In this document: piece by piece, positions 16,467 to 20,000 of the stretch
Position numbering within the stretch: the stretch's first letter is position 1
Layout: each line of letters opens with the position of its first letter
Virus record (IMG/VR): IMGVR_UViG_3300023175_002299
Span: 52,711 to 72,710 of that record
Length of the DNA stretch: 20,000 nucleotides
Source: an uncultured virus (IMG/VR IMGVR_UViG_3300023175_002299)
Taxonomy: Duplodnaviria > Heunggongvirae > Uroviricota > Caudoviricetes
Reading direction: 5' to 3' (one strand)
Notes under the pieces: generated by a model
The model's database searches: none
Told to the model about the DNA's origin: nothing
Seen by the model: only the letters and a program-made list of their open reading frames with translations
Position numbers and translations under genes: made by a program

Positions 16467-16646
16467 TTATCGACTCTTTGATTTTTCTGATTTCTTTTTT
16501 AAGTGTTGAACTAGCATGGAAATGTAAACTGTCCTCTCCCAAGGCATCCAATTCTCAATCTCTGTTAAACTATATTTATGTTCTTGCATCAATAAAAAGT
16601 TGGTTTTGAAATAGTTTTCGAGATTTTCATGGAAGAGGTTTATACG
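16467..16646 (-). CDS. gp51: gp51-like baseplate hub assembly domain (59 codons, no start codon for its N-terminal part), missing from the ORF track
   Basis: Hand translation: RINLFHENLENYFKTNFLLMQEHKYSLTEIENWMPWERTVYISMLVQHLKKKSEKSKSR*. It carries the LENY.K.NF.LMQ.HKYSLTEIEN.MPWER signature, and its stop directly abuts the next ATG. Confidence 0.85.
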   Translation of the reverse strand, partial: RINLFHENLENYFKTNFLLMQEHKYSLTEIENWMPWERTVYISMLVQHLKKKSEKSKSR

Positions 16647-17335
16647 AAAAAATCCATGTACCCATTCATAAATGCATAATTTTCTCTACCGCAACCATTA
16701 CAAATAAATTCTATTTTGTTTTCTAATACCGGCATTGTCTCAAAGAATTGTCTAATACTTTGAAACTGTGTTGGGGGCATGTTGTCAATGAATTCTCTTT
16801 TATCCCCGTCACTAATTTCTTCATAGACTTCATCTTTAATAAAAATTTTCTCTATACACCTTGATGATACTTCATAGATATCTGCATCGGATTCTTTGCC
16901 TGCAATCTCTTTGAGTTCTTCCGATTTCGGATACCTCATTTCGACAGACATTTCATCTGTTAGTTTTACAATTGGAGAATGATCTTCACTTTCTTTTAGT
17001 TTAAACCTGTTTAAATCAATTGTAACATTGGTTTTCTTTTCGCAATGACCGCATCCAAACCTCGCTTCAATATCTGTTCCTATAGAAGCTTTTCTAAGTT
17101 CAAGAAATATATTTTGCATGTCAAAAATTGGTATCTCATCACCCTTAACTTTTCCAAAAGAACAGTTGGTGACAATCTGCTGGGAGGCCTTTATCATTTC
17201 CATGGCCTCACCAGTTTCAGCTGCAAATACTAATAGTTTTTCTTCTTTTACTAAAAATGGTCTGAAATTGACCTTCTTTTTTTCTGAATAAACATAAACC
17301 TCAACTAGCGGGTATTCTGTAATAGGTAATCCCAT
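16640..17335 (-). CDS. gp26: Baseplate hub subunit/chaperone, gp26-like
   Basis: Motifs 'MGLP', 'FRPFLVKEEKLL', 'FLELRKASIG', two CxxC (CGHC, CNGC), 'MRYP', 'FFETMPVL' and C-terminal 'DFFV'. SD GGAG lies upstream. Confidence 0.88.
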   Translation of the reverse strand: MGLPITEYPLVEVYVYSEKKKVNFRPFLVKEEKLLVFAAETGEAMEMIKASQQIVTNCSFGKVKGDEIPIFDMQNIFLELRKASIGTDIEARFGCGHCEKKTNVTIDLNRFKLKESEDHSPIVKLTDEMSVEMRYPKSEELKEIAGKESDADIYEVSSRCIEKIFIKDEVYEEISDGDKREFIDNMPPTQFQSIRQFFETMPVLENKIEFICNGCGRENYAFMNGYMDFFV

Positions 17336-17355
17336 AATTTAAAAACTCCAATTAA

Positions 17356-17952
17356 TTAAAAAACTTTGTCCAATACATCTCTCATTTTCTCTCTCACGTT
17401 TCCACCACCAGTGATCGTGTCGTAAATATCCGCAATACTTGAACCGCCACCGCCGCCTGCTTCCCAACTTCTAAATGCAAACGTTACTGTCACTCTTACA
17501 ATGCCATCGCCACCCTGAGCTACTGGAATAATATTCAATAGTCTTGGAAAGGCTTCTTTCATAGTCCAAGATTTTCTTTCACTGTCTCTTCTGTTGAGTA
17601 CTTTTACTTTAACTTCCCCAACATAGGTGTCTTGATATTTTGGTTCTTTGGTTTCAAAAGATGCTACTTGTTGCATCCAGTTTTCAAAATACGATCTTAC
17701 ATTCCAGTCCGTGTCGCAATAGAAAGTGAATGCAGCTGATTCCCCAAAAAATTCCATGCCGTGAACTCTGTTTTCAGTCCACATTCCTATTTTTGTTGGA
17801 GACCACAGTGCTTGCAAGCCTGGTATCTGAGCTTCTTCACATAATAGTGATGGCAACCTTCCGCTACCAGGCCCATAAATTTCTACTTCAAATCTGTTTG
17901 CTCTTGCTAAGTCGTTTCCTTGAACGTGACCCAAGAATCTACTAAGACTCAT
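17356..17952 (-). CDS. Tail tube-like / baseplate tail-tube initiator (gp54/gp19 fold)
   Basis: Motifs 'LARANRFEV', 'CEEAQIPG', 'TFYCD...VRSYFENW', 'EAFP' and 'VTVTFAFRSW'. It sits between gp2 and gp26. Confidence 0.75.
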   Translation of the reverse strand: MSLSRFLGHVQGNDLARANRFEVEIYGPGSGRLPSLLCEEAQIPGLQALWSPTKIGMWTENRVHGMEFFGESAAFTFYCDTDWNVRSYFENWMQQVASFETKEPKYQDTYVGEVKVKVLNRRDSERKSWTMKEAFPRLLNIIPVAQGGDGIVRVTVTFAFRSWEAGGGGGSSIADIYDTITGGGNVREKMRDVLDKVF

Positions 17953-18521
17953 TACATTATTCCTCTAGAATCTGAAAATACTTTGCTCTTACTAGTATTG
18001 AAATCTTCTACTGGCAAAAAGATTGCAGCCTTCCAATCCAATGGATCGATCCTGTAAAAAGAACTACGCATCTGAGTATTCAGATATCTTTTTACACAGG
18101 GTTTTACTTCTGGAAATCTGGCCGCACTACTCAACAAATCCCAATTGTATGACATCTGAGACTGTGATGTGAGTTTCTGATCGTTCATGGTTTCCAGTAA
18201 TTTGCCCAACAGTTTTGCTCGTAAAAGATATGGTAGATAATGTAAATTCATTCCCCAGAAACCATCGTTGGTTGGTTCAAATGGTAGACACAGAGGAAAT
18301 GCGTCAAAGTATGGCAACTTACTTTTGTGTTTTGCATCATATCTAAACAAATACATAGAACCGATGTCATATGACCCTTGTCTTTTTGCAATGCTAGAAG
18401 ACATCGCTGTACTAGGATTATTAATTCCTCTCGCAACGTTCCTAACTTGGTTCATGTACCAATTATACGATTTTGATTGATCGTTAGAATTGGCTCTTAT
18501 TTGTTCAAATGGGTTTGCCAT
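17952..18521 (-). CDS. gp2: DNA end protector protein, T4 gp2-like
   Basis: Motifs 'MYLFRYDAKHKSKLPYFDAFPL', 'GMNLHYLPY..RAKLL', 'PCVKRYL' and 'AIFLPVEDF'. ATG 18521 is preferred over GTG 18527. Confidence 0.92.
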   Translation of the reverse strand: MANPFEQIRANSNDQSKSYNWYMNQVRNVARGINNPSTAMSSSIAKRQGSYDIGSMYLFRYDAKHKSKLPYFDAFPLCLPFEPTNDGFWGMNLHYLPYLLRAKLLGKLLETMNDQKLTSQSQMSYNWDLLSSAARFPEVKPCVKRYLNTQMRSSFYRIDPLDWKAAIFLPVEDFNTSKSKVFSDSRGIM

Positions 18522-18526
18522 GAACA

Positions 18527-18967
18527 CTATTTATAAGAGATTCCCAACTCCTTTTCTGTGATTATCTTAAATTCCCACCCCCGATCAAGACAAAATTCTT
18601 TTGCAGATTTCCACTTGGCTTCATTGACTCCCCATTGAGCCACTTCTTCTAGATATTTTTTTGTTCTCTTTCTTGGTTCTGGTGGTCTTGTAAATCTAGA
18701 GGGTTTGATTTCTATTAGATATGACTTTCCTTTGATGTTGGCGTAGAAGTCAACAAAGTATCTGTGTACTCTTTTATCTAAAGGAGACTTGTAGGGGATC
18801 ACTATTGATTCGGAAGACCAGAACTTAACATCTGGATTCATGTCACACCAATTCATGAATTTCAACTCATATCCAGATCGATATATGATTTGGTTAGAAT
18901 TTCCACGATATTTCTTAGGATTTTTAGGAATAAATCGTCCTTGATGCAAATCTTTTCTATAAGGCAT
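18527..18967 (-). CDS. gp4: Head completion protein, T4 gp4-like (TnsA-like nuclease fold)
   Basis: Motifs 'G.F.PKNPKKY.G', 'YRSGYELKFMNWCD', 'WSSE..VIPY.SP.D...HRYFVDF', 'EIKP', 'VNEAKW..A' and 'ITEKEL'. Confidence 0.93.
   Translation of the reverse strand: MPYRKDLHQGRFIPKNPKKYRGNSNQIIYRSGYELKFMNWCDMNPDVKFWSSESIVIPYKSPLDKRVHRYFVDFYANIKGKSYLIEIKPSRFTRPPEPRKRTKKYLEEVAQWGVNEAKWKSAKEFCLDRGWEFKIITEKELGISYK
18528..18535 (-). promoter_or_regulatory. T4 late promoter TATAAATA for gp2 and downstream tail genes
   Basis: The + strand reads TATTTATA. It overlaps the gp4 stop and lies 6 nt before ATG 18521. Confidence 0.75.
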
Positions 18968-18974
18968 ATAAATA
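18967..18974 (+). promoter_or_regulatory. T4 late promoter TATAAATA for gp48
   Basis: Perfect match 36 nt upstream of ATG 19011. Confidence 0.8.
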
Positions 18975-18992
18975 GTCCCATAACCAAATAAC

Positions 18993-19000
18993 TATTTAGG
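18993..19000 (-). promoter_or_regulatory. Late promoter variant (CCTAAATA) for gp4
   Basis: The + strand reads TATTTAGG in the 43-nt divergent intergenic gap, oriented toward gp4. Confidence 0.5.
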
Positions 19001-19010
19001 TAATACAATC

Positions 19011-20000
19011 ATGCCAGATACAACTCCAGGCGCAGTATCAACAACTCCATCAACCAGTGCCGCTGAAGGTACTGGTGATGTTAGCAGTGTTGGAAATGAT
19101 ACTGGAAATACTGTAGAAAGTACTGCAACTGATTTTTTTTCTCACCAGTGGCCGAGTGATGCTGCCAGTGGAAATTACTTGCATACTGTACACATTTCCA
19201 TAAGGACTAACAAAGGCGGCACTGGAGGAATTAATCCTGATGGTGCTGCCGGTGCTGCCAGTTCCGCAGAGAGTGCTGCTGGTAATTTCAATGCTGCAAC
19301 AAGTGCAGAGGGTGGTGGATTGGGTGTTGTAGATGCTGCTGTTGCTACCGCTGGCGAGGCTGCTGCTGGATTTATGAGGAATTTCAGTCAAGGAAGAACA
19401 ACCGCTGCTGGTACTATTACTTTGGCCATGACAAATGCACCAGAAAACAGAATCTCTGCTCAGTGGGATGCTACTGATTTTGGTCTTCTTGGTGCAGCTA
19501 TAGAACAGTTTAGAAAAGATGCTTCTATGAATGATGTGTTGGAAAGCATTTCTAAAAATGTTGGGACGGGCTCTGAGTACGCAACAAGACAGTTAGCTTC
19601 TATATTTAACATAGGAAAACAATTGGGAATCAATCTTCCAGTTTCCGATGGCATTCAAGTATTTACTAGAAAAGTAGAAAACCCCTTCAAAGAACAATTA
19701 TTTAAAACCATGAACTTCAGAAGTTTTCCGATGCAATTTAAATTTGCTCCGAAATCTGCCGCTGAATCTGCAACTGTCAAAGATATTTTATATCAATTAG
19801 AATATCACATGCACCCAGAAAAAGAAAAAATATTTTTAAGATATCCTTCAGAATTTCAAATCGAATATCGATACGACAATAAGAAAAACACTTGGTTGAA
19901 TGAACTTAACACATGTGTTCTTACTGATATGAAAGTAGACTATGGACACAATGGTTTTATGACTAGTTTTGAAGGTGGTGCGCCAACAGAAATTACCTTG
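19011..20000 (+). CDS. gp48: Baseplate tail-tube cap, T4 gp48-like (3' end outside the window)
   Basis: The frame is open from ATG 19011 to the window end. It contains 'NPFKEQLFKTMNFRSFPMQFKFAPKS..E', 'HMHPE', 'YPSEFQIEY', 'CVLTDMKVDY' and 'PTEITL'. Confidence 0.88.
   Translation, partial: MPDTTPGAVSTTPSTSAAEGTGDVSSVGNDTGNTVESTATDFFSHQWPSDAASGNYLHTVHISIRTNKGGTGGINPDGAAGAASSAESAAGNFNAATSAEGGGLGVVDAAVATAGEAAAGFMRNFSQGRTTAAGTITLAMTNAPENRISAQWDATDFGLLGAAIEQFRKDASMNDVLESISKNVGTGSEYATRQLASIFNIGKQLGINLPVSDGIQVFTRKVENPFKEQLFKTMNFRSFPMQFKFAPKSAAESATVKDILYQLEYHMHPEKEKIFLRYPSEFQIEYRYDNKKNTWLNELNTCVLTDMKVDYGHNGFMTSFEGGAPTEITL

Noticed and set aside
18527..18967. TnsA transposase or homing endonuclease (mobile element)
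   Set aside because: The motifs and position next to gp2 match the core T4 gp4 head completion protein, and there are no terminal repeats.
19131..19140. Second slippery-looking run GAT TTT TTT T in gp48
   Set aside because: The -1 frame reaches TGA within about six codons, and the zero frame continues into conserved gp48 sequence.
19050..19654. Minus-strand ORFs 19050..19391 and 19460..19654
   Set aside because: They are antisense to the gp48 frame that starts at 19011 and runs off the window.
1..20000. Stop-codon reassignment
   Set aside because: Conserved genes are full length in the standard code, and TAA, TAG and TGA all end genes at the expected positions.

Overview
This window is a 20 kb piece of a T4-like (Tevenvirinae/Kyanoviridae-style) myovirus genome, probably aquatic, using the standard genetic code. 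From left to right on the + strand: (i) a 7.4 kb AT-rich sugar/modification island (radical SAM C-terminus, two related glycosyltransferase-like proteins, UDP-glucose dehydrogenase, two SGNH-like proteins, a 40-aa basic peptide and a NodU/CmcH carbamoyltransferase); (ii) PhoH and a PD-(D/E)XK exonuclease; (iii) a circularly permuted (two-piece) tmRNA gene with tag ANDDVYALAA; (iv) a SleB-like cell wall hydrolase, an NAD-dependent epimerase, gp33, gp59, gp32, a terminator and a B12-type radical SAM gene. A convergent minus-strand late operon follows (gp4, gp2, gp54/tube-like, gp26-like, gp51-like, putative tape measure/gp29), then a divergent gp48. Two signals stand out. One is the permuted tmRNA. 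The other is a candidate programmed -1 ribosomal frameshift (T TTT TTC) that would join the gp26-like ORF to a start-less gp51-like ORF just upstream of the putative tape measure gene, like the lambda G/GT arrangement. All product calls come from motif recognition and gene order; no database searches were run.
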